Source of the DNA: Asterionella formosa
Lineage: Eukaryota
Reading direction: 5' to 3'
NCBI GenBank assembly: GCA_002256025.1
Contig: NKIB01014724.1
Coordinates: forward strand, 1-41,135
DNA: 41,135 nt
Within the stretch, counting starts at the first letter, position 1. Every line of letters begins with the position of its first letter. The notes below the pieces were generated by a model. That model searched no databases and had not been told where the DNA came from. It saw only the letters and a program-made list of their open reading frames with translations. The translations under genes were made by a program, and so were the position numbers. This document shows positions 10,161 through 22,042 of this stretch, piece after piece.

Positions 10161-11495
10161 AACTTTCTTCACGCAGCGACTTTTCAAAGTCGACGCTGCT
10201 CTCTACATCTGTGGGTTACTACTATCGTCGTAAACTTTGGTACTCTGTAGGAGTACCTTTTATTATAATGACCAGGTTGGAATTGTTTCGTGCTTATTAC
10301 ATCGGCTGGGGCAAATTATTCTATTGTTTTGTCCAAGCAACAGCTTTATAATGCATGCGTCTATGGCCTATTAGTCTTCTATTTGTAGGTTTCATTTGCC
10401 ATGATAGCCATATTGAGTCTAGTCACCTGCCCCAAAAGGATATTTTCCCTAAAATATACAGTTTAATTCATTATTTAATGTATTGATTAAACTGGTTGTA
10501 AGTTAAGAACAATAATAACAACAAGAACAATAAATACAATGATGGAAGTGGAAAATAGTGCAATAAGTACAACAATTCAATGATAGAAGTTGGGAATACA
10601 AAGGAAAACATGCAACATTGATGACAGTTGAAAGGAGAACAAATAATTTTGCAATAAAGATCAATCGAACAGATGAGACCAACAGAGATGCATCAATTAT
10701 GAAAATAATATACTCAACAATAAAAGCTGTTGTAAAAGCTGCTTGAGAGGCAACACTTTATGCCCCGTCAATGAATGATGCACCACCATCAATCGCTCGA
10801 AAAAAGGAACTCCATTAGACTCTGTGGACACAAAAGCAATTAGGCGGTATGTGCACAAGGGTGTAATGACCACAGATCACTTCCATGGACTGCTTCAAGT
10901 AGACCTGTTTGAATCTTTGGATATGTTGCTCCATAAAAGGTTGAAGAAGGTGCTTGAGATACACAAGACATTAACACTATCATCTTCAATCTTCAGAATT
11001 TCACAAGTCATTATGGTATGAATGCTCTATGGTAAGATGGCTGCAGAAAATGCAACAGCATTGGCGAAACACATTATTCATTTCATCAAATGTCACTTCT
11101 TGTATTAGGGAGATTCCAGTCCAAGTCAGCTTGTCAAAGATTCATGGTTCCACCAAATCATCTCCACCTTTCCACAAACTCTTTCTGTTAAACAAGTGAA
11201 ACAAAAAAAGGAAGATGACAAGGCCCAGAAGGAAAACAACAATGAAATGTTGCAAACAGCTGCTCTAAAAGTGTTAGCTCCTTTGGTTTGTATGAAAGAA
11301 CCAGGTGAAAAAATGAGTAAAGAGTCAGGAACATGTGAGAATCTTGAATAACATATTAATTAAAGTTCAAAACTAGCAAGAGAGACCAGCATCGTTTGGA
11401 TATGGGATGTGGGAATAACACTATAGATAAGCCAAACAGGATATGGGGATTTAACAAAGGATGTTAAATATATACACAAAACTGGATTCTTTTCA

Positions 11496-13685
11496 CTAGA
11501 TATCAGCATATTGTGCAGAGTTCCTGTTCACAGGAGGAATTCCAACAATACGTACATCCTTAGCTCGTGCACTGCGTGGACCTTTATTTACGCCATGATT
11601 GGCACCCCGATTACCATGGAGTTCCGCGTGTCCTCGGATTGATATTTCCTTATTATTTTTAAATAGGTTGTCACCACCAGCATTCGAACCCTCTTCACTA
11701 GTATCCATGGACATTTCGCTGACGATATCATCGAATTCCGGGGATACTTGTGATGACTCTTCAGCAGTGCTGTTATTGCGACTATATGCACTGCTTTCTC
11801 GTCGCTTCACCACCAAATCCAAAATACTTGCTCTCCTGGAATCATTTTCGGCACTCCACAAGCCCAAGAATTCTGCATAGTCAACTTTGTGATCGTGACT
11901 AAGACCCATACCTTCTGCTTCATCAATGATAGTATTCAAGTATGAACTGGGTACCGACTCACCCAGCAATTCCCTCAGATCTCCAACAGTAATGAATCCA
12001 GAGTCATCAGCATCAATTCGGTCGAAAGCTTCAGCAAGTCTTTCTTCACTAATGGTGCCCCGGGCTTCAATAGTGGCAGCAATAAATTCCGAGTAGTGGA
12101 TCAAACCACTATTGTCTAGGTCCATTGCACGGAACAGTCGTTTGCATTCGTCTTTGGTGTATTCGTACCCCTCTAGAGCAACAGTAAAATCTTCGAACGT
12201 AACGTCCCCTTTGTTGGAACAGTCAAACTCTCTAAACATTTTTTCCAAGAATCCAATCTCGTCGGATGTAGATTTGTGCGCCACCACCATGAGGGCTAAT
12301 TTCTTCAAGGTACTGTATTCTGCAAAATTCTCAATCGATGCTTGAATTTGATCCATCTTTCTGGTATAATCTACGCTCTGAGATCGCCTTCGTTGTAACA
12401 GAGATTCCAACCATGGTGAATGGAGGGCCATATCTGCTGTCGGCCGCGCGACTGGATTAAACTCCAACAAATCGACCACAAACTGTTTGGCTTCAATTGA
12501 AATGTATTTCCAAGTCCTCGCTTTGAAACTAAATTTTCCCTTGAGTAGTTTTCGTATGACATCCTTCCGTGTTTTACCATAGAATGGCATTGAGCTGCTT
12601 AACAACATGAATGCCAATACACCCACCGACCAAATGTCCACTTTGTTGGTGTAGTCTCCAGTCAAAACTTCTGGTGACATAGAATATACTGTCCCCACAG
12701 CATCATGCATCATTTCATCATCATCCTTGGCGTACTTTTTAGAAAGTCCAAAGTCAATAATCTTGACATCGGCAGTTGGTTTTGGAGTACTAAACATCTG
12801 TGTGATGGGAGTGATGTTCCAAATTAGATTGAGACAAAAAGTGAGAATATTCAAATGATGCAACAGATTTTCCAAAGATTTTGTTCAATATATACTAGTG
12901 TGCACTCAAGTGGTCTCACTTACAATATTTTCATACTTTAAATCCCGATGAGTGATTCCCATGGAATGCATATAGGATACAGCACTCAAGACAGACGCGG
13001 TGATGTTGGCGGCCTCCTCCTCCGTGTATGGATCTCTTGTATACAAATCTCCACCCGAGCACAGTTCCATGATAATATAAATTTGATGTTTGAAATCAAA
13101 GGTTTCCATGGCACGAACAATGTGAGGGTGGTCCATTTTCTTCAACATCTCCACTTCATTCTTCATTTCATCAATCAAGGCCTTGGAGGTAGTCTTGTCC
13201 AAAGCGATGGATTTAAGCGCAAAGAATGTGTCCTGATGCCCAAAAGTTACCATGCTCGAGACACCATGAGACGACCCACTGATGGAATCGGCACTCTTGC
13301 GTGAATGCGATGACATGTCGACGCGTCTCATGGAGGGTATGTGCAGTATATCTCTCGTCCGTTCTTTTTCTTCCGCTGTGCCACAACAGAGTTTAAAAAT
13401 CAACGCAAGGCGTTCCAAAATGTGCGACCTGGATTCGGATTTTAAGTAGTGCGCTCGAGATGAACCACCCACAGCTTCAGAGCGTTTCTTCACCTTGGAG
13501 ACTGATCCCATGGATCCAACACCAAGAACTGTGATGATTTCATAGTACTTCAATGGATCTCGATTCAAACGCTGACGCGTCAAGTTGTCATGAAGGCCCT
13601 TGATGGGCGTGAGCAGTTCTTTGGTGCTCACGCTATCATTGCTGTCAAACAGCTGGTCCGCTGCTGCTGAGTGGGAATTTCCCAT
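11496..13685 (-). CDS. Calcium-dependent protein kinase (CDPK), 2 exons (13685-12924, 12797-11496), N-myristoylation-like start
   Basis: Kinase motifs GVGSMGSV, ALK, HRDLKYENI, DFG, GTVYSMSPE. EF hands DCSNKGDVTFED, DLDNSGLIHYSE, DADDSGFITVGD. GT-AG intron 12923-12798. Starts MGNSHS. Confidence 0.92.
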
Positions 13686-14956
13686 TGCTTTGTCCCTTTC
13701 GCCGAGGTTGTGACCAATGGATAAAGGAATATTAAAAATTATTAAAATGCAACAGTGGACAAGGGGCTGTGACCACCATTATACTGTACATGCTTACCGG
13801 TACTCGATATTCATCATCCCAAGTATTGTACATACATAAATATACTTATATTTATGTAGCACATATTGTTCATCGTAATAGGTAGACTCTATTTAAAAAT
13901 ATTGAAAGATGTTAGCATGTAACTATAGGTATAGTACGTCTGTCGCTATCCGTAGAGCAGTGTTTATATGTGATACCAGTACCTGGTAACTGGTGCTGGT
14001 ACCAGGTACCAGGTACTCTCTATCCACTTGCGGTACCTTTCTGGTCGTCTATGTAGTTAGTACTGGTACCAGGTGGTACTCCAGTACTCCGTGCTCCACC
14101 CATTTGCAAATTTCGATGAGATGATAGGAAATATTCAAAATATATTTAATACGATGGGCAATAGTAAGCTAAAACTGCCTTACATACTCCTCTCAGTGAG
14201 TGGGCAGTAGGTAAGCGAATGGCGCCACAATAGCAAGGTTGTGAATTGCCTCAACAAGAAATACCCTTCTCAGCGGCTCCATGCTGTCTCATGTACCGGT
14301 ACCGGTACCAGGGTACATCTGTTCTAGCAGACATGAGATCACCTCAGGCTTGTTTTGGCCCCTCGACACTCCCCAAAACTATAAATAAAATACATCAATT
14401 CTACCCAATTCAATAAAATCATATGGCAATACAGTCGACATGAAGGAGTGATTGACCCTCCCCATCGTTAGTTTCCTTGCATGTCATGACATCTGCGATG
14501 CACTCCTCTGTTGGTCTGGCTTGAGTGATGCAGCACAGTGTTATGATGCTTGCCAAACCACTCCTATCTTATGTCCTATGTATTATGTGCTGCTGCTCCT
14601 CATCGTTCTCACTGCCCCCCACGTCTGAGTGACAAGGCAGAACCGTAACAACCCTCCTCAGCCTTCGCTTTCTTGCCAGCATGTAGATATCACATTTTTA
14701 TTGTCAACTTATATATACATAATCGGGATTCAGTCTGCTCCTAGAAGATTCGATTCAGATTCAAAGTTCACATCGATCAACAGCGCTGTTCCCTCGAGAT
14801 TTGACAACCCACTGAAACCTTGTCAGCTCCTTTGTCTTATCCACAGACGCAACGAACTGTCAACAATTCTCATCCATCACACAAACCAAAGACAAGCAGC
14901 ACTGTGATTGTAATCGACAACACAGGCATTACTTACGATAGACTTGACAACAGAAA

Positions 14957-17397
14957 ATGACACTGATTGTTCGGACCAATGTAATTGGAAACAAAAGCGC
15001 ACATGATAAGCATGTGAAATTCATCGACACGGAGAGAACAGAGCAAATAAACCTGTCAGAGGGAACCTTATCGTCCTTGTCAGATGGGTCTCTCCTACTG
15101 GTCAAGGCCAAGACCGATTCCCCTACAGTATACCGAAATCAAGAGTTGCGCTCCAATTTGACTAGAAATCTTACAAATCGAGATCCATTCTTTGTAAGTC
15201 ACAGCTTCCAAAATTCGTATCAGTTCGGATTTGTGGCATTAACTCACTCTTTCGTTTCTATTGATGCAGTACTACCAAATTGACAGTGTACTCGGTGTTG
15301 GATCCATGGGATCAGTAGCCAAGGTCCACAAACGACCTGGTGCGATTGGTGGTTCTGCTCGAAGTGAAATTGTTGATTCCTTCAAACGAGAAAAGAAGTT
15401 GAAAGAGTGCCTCAATTTTCCTCTATTGGGAGGTTTGTTTCAATATTGCATGAGACCGAATTTGAGTCCGTCCAACAGTCAAAGGGATTTGCTCCAGCCG
15501 CAGTCGACACATTCGATCTGCTCTTCATCAGGTGGCCGATACCAGGTCAGCTATGCACTCAAATCCATTCACTTGACTCATGTGACCGACCCATCATTTG
15601 TGGAAGAGCTCAAGAATGAAATTGAAATATTAAAGACGTTGGATCATCCACATATCGTACGCCCGATAGAAGTATATCAATATCGGAATCAATTATTTAT
15701 TGTCATGGAGTTATGCTCTGGGGGTGACTTGTATACAAGAGACCCATACACCGAGGAAGATGCAGCTCGTATCGTGAGTTGCATCCTTAGTGCAGTTACC
15801 TTTATGCATGCAAAGGGTGTCATTCATCGTGATTTGAAGGTAAGAAACAACGTGAGAACTAGCGGTTTGCATGAAAGTCAGTGTTTCTAACCTGCTTCGT
15901 CCGGTTTTGATAGTATGAAAACATCATGTTCGTTAACAGCACTCTACGATCGGAGATCAAAATTATTGATTTCGGATTGTCGAAAAAATACTCCAACGAC
16001 AAGACACCGCTCACGGAGGGTGTTGGAACGGTAGGTTTGCGCAGAAAAGGTTTTGTTTCTTGTCAAAAGTTTAATCAGTGATTCACTCTAATGATTTATC
16101 TTTTATGGCAGATTTACACCATGGCTCCCGAAGTCCTCAAGGGCACATACACTTCTCAAGCGGACATTTGGTCCATTGGCGTCATTACTTACATGCTTTT
16201 GTCATCACAGATGCCATTTTATGGACGAGAGCGTTGTCACATCATTGAACAGATCATGAAGTGCGAATTCGACTTTAAAGGACGCCGATGGAAGCGAGTC
16301 TCACCTCAAGCCAAGGCGTTTGTGGAAGACTTGTTAGTTTTGGACCCGGATGACCGAGTCACTGGCGATTGTGCATTTGGATCGAATTGGCTAAATCGTC
16401 GGTTTGCCACTACCGTACGGGGACCAACTGACGATGAGTTGGATACCATCATCAAGTCGTTCCAGAAATTTATCCGCTATAGCAGGTTGAAGAAGTTAGT
16501 ACGTCATGAAGTCGAATGTTTAAGTACGTTGCATGTTCTTACTATTAACTAACGATGATGATTTGAAATCTCCTTCTGCAGGCACTGATGGTCATCGCCC
16601 ACAAATCCACAACAGAGGAAATTGGCATCCTTCGCAAGGTTTTTGATAAGTTTGACACTAAAAAGAAAGGACAACTGGTGTTTGAAGAATTCAGTGAATG
16701 TCTTAAACCGTATGGATTTTCCAACGACGATTTGATTAATCTATTTGTGGGCATAGTGAGTTGATTGTTTTCGTGGCATTTGTCTCCGTAGCTTTCATAC
16801 TTGATTATAACTAATTTTTCTTCTTCTCAGGATTTAGATGGTACGGGTATTATTCGATACACCGAGTTTCTCGCCGCAGCCATCGAAACTCAAGGTTTCA
16901 TCGACGAGGGCCGTTTAGCAGAAGCGTTTGACTGTCTCGACAGTGATGATTCTGGATTTATTTCAGTAGAAAACTTAGCGGGATTTCTTGGAGATCAAAT
17001 ACCAACAAATGAAATCTCGAGAATTCTGAAAGAATCGTCGCTCACAGCCGAAAGCCAGGTCTCGTATCCGGAATTCTTGGCTCTGTGGGATGACCGGTGT
17101 CAGCCAAGCTATGAAGGGACATATGCATCTAATTTATCAAAGCCCGACTATAATCATCGCAGCAGTGTTCCGAGCACCGTGGTAGAAGTAACAAGCAACA
17201 TGCAAGATGAGAGTGAGAGTGAAGTATCTTCCTTAGCTCGTGCAAACTACTTAGATGTAAAAATGTGCTCTCAACGCAAACTTGAAAAAGCCCAGAAAAT
17301 TGAGGTGAATGACGCCCTCAAAATTATCTTTGATGAGAAGCCAGAGCCTATCATGGCTTTTGAACATAATAATCTTGTCGTGAAGACTATGGCATGA
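14957..17397 (+). CDS. Calcium-dependent protein kinase (CDPK), 6 exons (14957-15193, 15270-15839, 15914-16030, 16112-16498, 16582-16755, 16831-17397)
   Basis: Five phase-0 GT-AG introns join a continuous kinase (HRDLK|YENIM, DFG, GVGT|IYTMAPE) to EF hands DLDGTGIIRYTE and DSDDSGFISVEN. Start codon is less certain. Confidence 0.9.
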
Positions 17398-17899
17398 GCA
17401 GCTGTCAGGATTCACTGAAAATTTACAAACCTTTTCTTTCTTTAATGATTTTGATGATTACATACTCAGAAAACGGAAGCCACTCAAATTGGCATACCAA
17501 TGAATATTAAATTTTTTCTATTTTCATTGTTAGTAGCAAAATGTTATTAATTTCCCCTAAAAATTGGGGAATGTTTTGTGATTTTGGGTATCCCTCTAAT
17601 TTGTAGTTTTCATTGGATTGTGGTCCATGCATGATTAGGGGCATTCCCAACTTGTAAGTGAATGGTTGTCATAGATTCTTCGAAACTCTTTTTGAGTTCT
17701 CTGCATTTAAAACAGCCTTAACGATCTTTTATCGCTCCTTTGATTCTTTAGATTGATACCTGTCCCTTTTTCTTTCAATGGTCAGCTTCCACAAATACCA
17801 TCTCCCTCTGTTGCCACCCCACCATGCCGTCCCATCATCTCTCAAACCTCGATGACCTCTGGCTTGACGATTCTCTCAAGTTGGGGGTGGTGGATCTGC

Positions 17900-18317
17900 A
17901 ATTTGGATGGATTTTTCAAGGAGTTCTCGGAAACTGCCACTGGTGTGAGTGCTTTTGGCCAGACACGAGTGTATACTATGGACAAGGATCAGATGGATTT
18001 GGCCTCACTGTTCACAATGATCCTTAAAGGACAAGCGGAAGGTTTGTATTCTGAGTGGGGTATTAGTAACACATCTTTGGATGAGGTCTTTTGTGCCATT
18101 ACTGCCAAATCGGAGGGTGCCCAGGCCAATGAATTCTAATTCTAGATAGTGTGGATATTTGGGTGAATTCGTCATGATGGGGGCAAGAAATATCATCCAC
18201 TCAGTAGTTGAGGTAAAATGTCCACATCAATTCAAAATACGCATAGCACAGCATCAGAAAGCTATAGAGACGGAGTTAGCAAAGAGATAATGGTATGAGC
18301 CTGTGATAATTAATGTG
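17900..18317 (+). pseudogene. Duplicated fragment of the ABCA gene 3' end and 3' flank (copy of 28296-28714)
   Basis: About 418 bp with about 8 differences by manual comparison. Encodes NLDGF...GAQANEF* with no upstream ABC sequence. Confidence 0.95.
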
Positions 18318-19813
18318 CATTAGGGGCAACATTTGTAAGAGTGTTTATGACATCTTCAGACGCATCATCATTATGCAATTCATGGTCTTGTGCATCTTCC
18401 ATTTGGGATTCCTTGATACCAAGTGCGTCTGCATTACCAGTAAATGTAAACATATTGGCTCTTGGATCGCATATTCCATGCCAGGTGGCCCATCGGATAT
18501 TTCTGCTGTTGATTACCTTTTTTGTCACAGGGTTGTACATCCGGTAGGTATTGCCAGCACGATCATCGGAGTATCCAATCATGACACATTTAACTGCCTT
18601 GGGGTCTAGTTTCTTTTGTTTTTGTCCAAGGGTGACATATCCGATGCGACCAAATTCAACAAGATTCCTGTAGATCATAGGTTGCTTGTCGTAGAATTTC
18701 CAGAAAGGACATTTTGAGCCACTGGAATTGGACACAATATTTGTGACTCTTGTGTGTGTTGGCAGCTTCCGCCCAGAGTGTTACTTGAGCCTTTTCAGAG
18801 AATTTCGCTTTTATCATGGCGGCAGAGCTGCGGTCACGTATGGTCGCAAATTTACGTTTGACAATGCCGTTCTGCTGAGGCGTGTAGGGGGCAGTTATTT
18901 CGATAGCAAGTCCGTGTTTCTCGCATAGCTCAGTTAATGCCTTGACATTTTCGCCACCATTGTCACATCGAAGTTTCTTGAGGATTTAATTAGCACTCTT
19001 CAACTTGATGACAAATTTTCGACAATTTTCGACATTTCACTTTTCTTCTTAACAAAGAAGCTCCATGCTTTGCTGCTATAGTCATCGACAACAAGGACCC
19101 AATAATTGCTTCCAATGATAGACTTTTTGTAGGGCCCGCTGATGTCAGTACACAAACGCTCACCTGCATGAGTTGCTCTTGTTGTAGAGAACTTTGGTAC
19201 TGCTTTGGCCTTAGCTTTGGCAAATGCGCACCCTTCACAAGGTGTGAGACTGCCTGTGACTTCGATATTCAGTGTCTTCAATGTAGCTCGTAGTGCCACC
19301 TCACCAATGTGTCCGAATTTATCATGTGCCTCGCATGTCAATTTTGATTTGCTTAGTAGGTATGATAACTGGTGGTTGCGTGGTAGTTGTACTAGTCATG
19401 ACGGTTTCAATAGTACCAAGGTCATGTGTGCCTTCAAAGTAGTACAGGAGCTCTTTGCCTTCTGATTTCAATTCAATGTTCTCGAGTTCATTTGTCTTAC
19501 TTAGACTGAGTGTCTGTCCTTTGATACTGACTTCGTATTCTGATTTCTGTACAAAGACTCCGATACTCACAATATTCTTGTGGAAAAGCGGAGTATATCG
19601 GACTTTTTTTTAATGTAGGGTCTTTCCATTGCTTGATGTCACCAAAACGTCACCTCGTTTTGTGCATAGCACTTCCTTTCCATCACCAACAATCACGCGC
19701 ACCTTGACTTTTTCAACGTTTGTCATACCAAGTTCACTGGATGTGATATGACTGGTAGCTCCAGTGTCGGCCAACCATCGTTCTTCTCCTCCACACGATG
19801 CACAATACTCAAA

Positions 19814-19836
19814 ATTATTATTATTATTATTATTAT
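19814..19836. repeat. (ATT)n microsatellite inside the Copia polyprotein (in-frame poly-Asn between gag and protease)
   Basis: Minus-strand frame reads SDNNNNNNNFEYCASCGGEERWLADTG. Confidence 0.85.
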
Positions 19837-20827
19837 CAGAAATAAATCCGAAACAATGGATCTCTTCCTCTTCTTCTTCAGCTTCGACAGCACAACCGAC
19901 AAAAAACGACGTCTCCTTCTTGTCAGCAGTCTTCTTCTTCTCATCAGGGCAGTCCTTGGCGATGTGACCAGCGAATTTGTTGCAATTGAATCACTTTATG
20001 CCTTTTCCGGTCTTCTCTCCATCCGCTTTTGATCCTTTAGAGCGACAATCCGCCGATTTGTGTCCTTGCTTTCTGCAGTTGCTGCGACAAAGACCTTTGA
20101 ACTTTCCTCCTGCAAACAGGGCTATCTCGTTAGATGACTTTTCAGTTTTGAACTTGTTGCGCTTGTAGAAAGCCCGGATTTTGTTCTTCAGTTCTGTTAG
20201 AGTGATTGCCGTCATTCCTTCCACAACTGTGATCACCTCACTATACTCAGAAGGAAGCTTGTCAATTATGTGGGCAATGACTTCAATGTCTTGTTTCTGA
20301 AAAGAGCTATTGATTTGCGTCATTCTGTTGCGAATCATGTCGAGTTTAATGAACCATTCATCAGGGTCACTCTTTGTAGACTCAAGGTTGCATTTGCTAA
20401 ACTCGCCGGAAAGTTGGATCAAATCAGATGTTTCATGAGGAGCATATCTGTCACATAGATTTTTCCAGGCTAGGAAAGCATCCCCATCAATCAAATGTGC
20501 AGTTTTTGCTTGATTCACCAAACCAAACGCAATGCCTGTGCAGCTCATTATTAGTTGTTGATATGCCTTGTCATTGGCTTCATAGATTTTCTTTTCTGCA
20601 TCAGTAGCAGAGGTTGCATATGTTGTGTCACTGCATGGTTTCGTATCACTTGCATAGACAAGGCGAAAGCCCTTGATCTTAGATAGAGATAGAGTTTTGA
20701 CACTCCATTCATGCCAGTTTGATTCCTCTCCATCAAACTTTATCAAGCAAATGACCTCGCCCAATTTCTCATCAGCCATGTTGCTGCGTTGGTAATCTGT
20801 GTAAAGCAATAGGTCCATTTATAAACA

Positions 20828-21096
20828 TGTTAAATTCCTTACACCAGTAGCAGTAAACGTTTGTACACGCTGTATGCTATAGTCTTTCTCTTAGACAAGT
20901 TAAATGTAGACAGCAACGTTTTGCTTCCTTATTTTATTGTGAGCTTATAAAACTAGAAATCGATTTACAATCGATTCAACTCCACTTATTTCAGATCAGT
21001 TGGATCTTGGATCTTTTGTCCAAACTTTCATACAGATAACCAAGTAATGATAATGATCTGTTCCTGATCATTCAATCATTCTTTTACTTCATAACA
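20828..21096 (-). repeat. 5' LTR of the Copia element (~269 bp)
   Basis: Minus strand begins TGTTA and ends TAACA (5-bp inverted termini). Contains TATAA followed by AATAAAA. Ends about 49 nt before the gag ATG. Confidence 0.75.
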
Positions 21097-22042
21097 CATA
21101 TTGAATATTGTTTTACTTACATTGTTGGCAGCTTCAATGGCGACGACATGCCTGTGAATAGTTCATTACATAGAACATTTAACTTTCCAAATATTCCATC
21201 CCATCTTATTAATTGTGTGTTCGTCTTCATTAACATTAGTTCAAATATTTCTTCACCGGAAACAGTTTCTCTGTATAATATTGACGACATGTACATTGAT
21301 GGAATGCTGTTAACCCTAACTCAAATCATCCTAGATTTTTTCAGCGACAACATGATGAAGGATTCTCCAGCTGCTCACAGCCACTACCGCCCTGTCTTCT
21401 CTTGTGTTTTGTATGTACAAATGAATCGCAACATGATAGCTAAATAATAATATTCTATTGCCTACGAGGACCTAAAGAATTATAGCACGTTCCTTTGTCT
21501 ATGACGAGAAAATTATTTGGTGTTTGGTTCCACCTCGAAAAAAATGTACAGGGGGGTCCAGAAACCAGGGGGGATCCAGGACAATGAAGTACCGGTATAC
21601 GGTAAGTCATATGTGAGTAAACTGACTCATGTTCATGACAAGACTCAAAGATTGATTCATATTTAAGTAAAGATTGATTCATGTTCATGACTAGACCCAA
21701 AATGGTCATGACTGGGCTAATTTGGAGACACAAACAAGATTCATTTAACTTGTCTGTTTCAACTCTCTTGACAAGTCCTTTGGAGTATGACCCTTGTGAA
21801 TCCCATAACCGGGTGCCTGGGAACCATGAGCTAGCTAATACCGGTACCGGTATACTGTATGAGCGATAGACCGGAGTCGTATGCATTATGCAGAAATATT
21901 GCTTGGTTTGCAAAAGACATTACCGCTATTCCTCTCATAATCTGTCGCCATCGCCCATCTACACTCAAAAAGCAAGCTCGTGTACATGCATTGTTACTGA
22001 TCATTATTGCTTGCTCTCTATTGCGAGTGTCCTACTGACACA

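Larger units (their letters stand above)
18318..21096 (-). mobile_element. Decayed, 3'-truncated Ty1/Copia LTR retrotransposon (5' LTR, gag, protease, integrase; no RT/RNase H or 3' LTR)
   Basis: gag from ATG 20779 (KFDGEESNWHEW, AWKNLCDRY, two zinc knuckles). Protease WLADTGATSHI. HHCC region (HDKFGH...CEGC). Integrase TDISGP, VVDDYS, CDNGGE, PQQNG, KLDPKA...IGY. Order PR-IN is Copia-type. One stop and several frameshifts. Confidence 0.93.

Noticed and set aside
10400..11400. AT-rich stretch with short ORFs (also 21100-21450 and 40200-41135) as genes or named transposons
   Set aside because: No recognisable domain, termini or sustained reading frame. Possibly old relics but not supportable by eye.
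19991..19993. TGA at a Cys position in the Copia gag as a second selenocysteine
   Set aside because: The element has multiple frameshifts and a dead integrase, and I saw no SECIS. A simple TGY-to-TGA mutation explains it.
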